A DNA stretch of 64,000 nt from Octopus sinensis (taxonomy: Eukaryota). The DNA lies in assembly GCF_006345805.1 (NCBI RefSeq), contig NC_043015.1, forward strand, positions 42,098,001-42,162,000, given 5' to 3'. Made by a program: the position numbers and the translations under genes. Numbering within the stretch: position 1 is the first letter of the stretch; each line of letters opens with the position of its first letter. Below are positions 63,836 through 64,000 of the stretch, piece by piece. A model generated the notes under the pieces. It saw only the letters and a list, made by a program, of their open reading frames with translations, ran no database searches and was not told where the DNA came from.

Positions 63836-64000
63836 AAACCCATAACCATGCCTATTTAACCCTTTCATTACTGTATTTATTTTGAGGTGCTCTGTGTTTC
63901 TTTCAATCATTTTAAATATAACAAAGAATTTTGTAAAGTAGTTTAGTTATCATTAAACTAGTGTTTAGAACATAAATTGTGACTAAGGCATGGTGGAATA

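Overview
AT-rich, repeat-dominated eukaryotic DNA. The SINE families and microsatellites resemble an Octopus-like cephalopod; this is inferred, not proven. Almost all long ORF-track entries are microsatellite or TE artefacts. Two host genes are supported by phase-consistent GT-AG exons that I assembled by hand. (1) A 3-exon, 109-aa secreted 10-cysteine VWC/SVWC-like protein on + (36524-45323). (2) The last six coding exons of CDK8 on - (61772-51007), convergent with it. The rest is transposon debris: several Penelope-like (PLE) lineages, RTE, Tx1/L1-like and CR1/L2-like LINEs, Helitron-like elements, mariner/Tigger/hAT-type MITEs and at least four SINE-like families. The most striking pattern is about 11 well-formed and several degenerate minimal type-I hammerhead ribozyme motifs in the first 47 kb. 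They sit in PLE termini whose 3' ends abut (TA)n tracts, often as fold-back or tail-to-tail structures. All calls come from reading the sequence; no alignments or folding programs were run, and TE boundaries are approximate.
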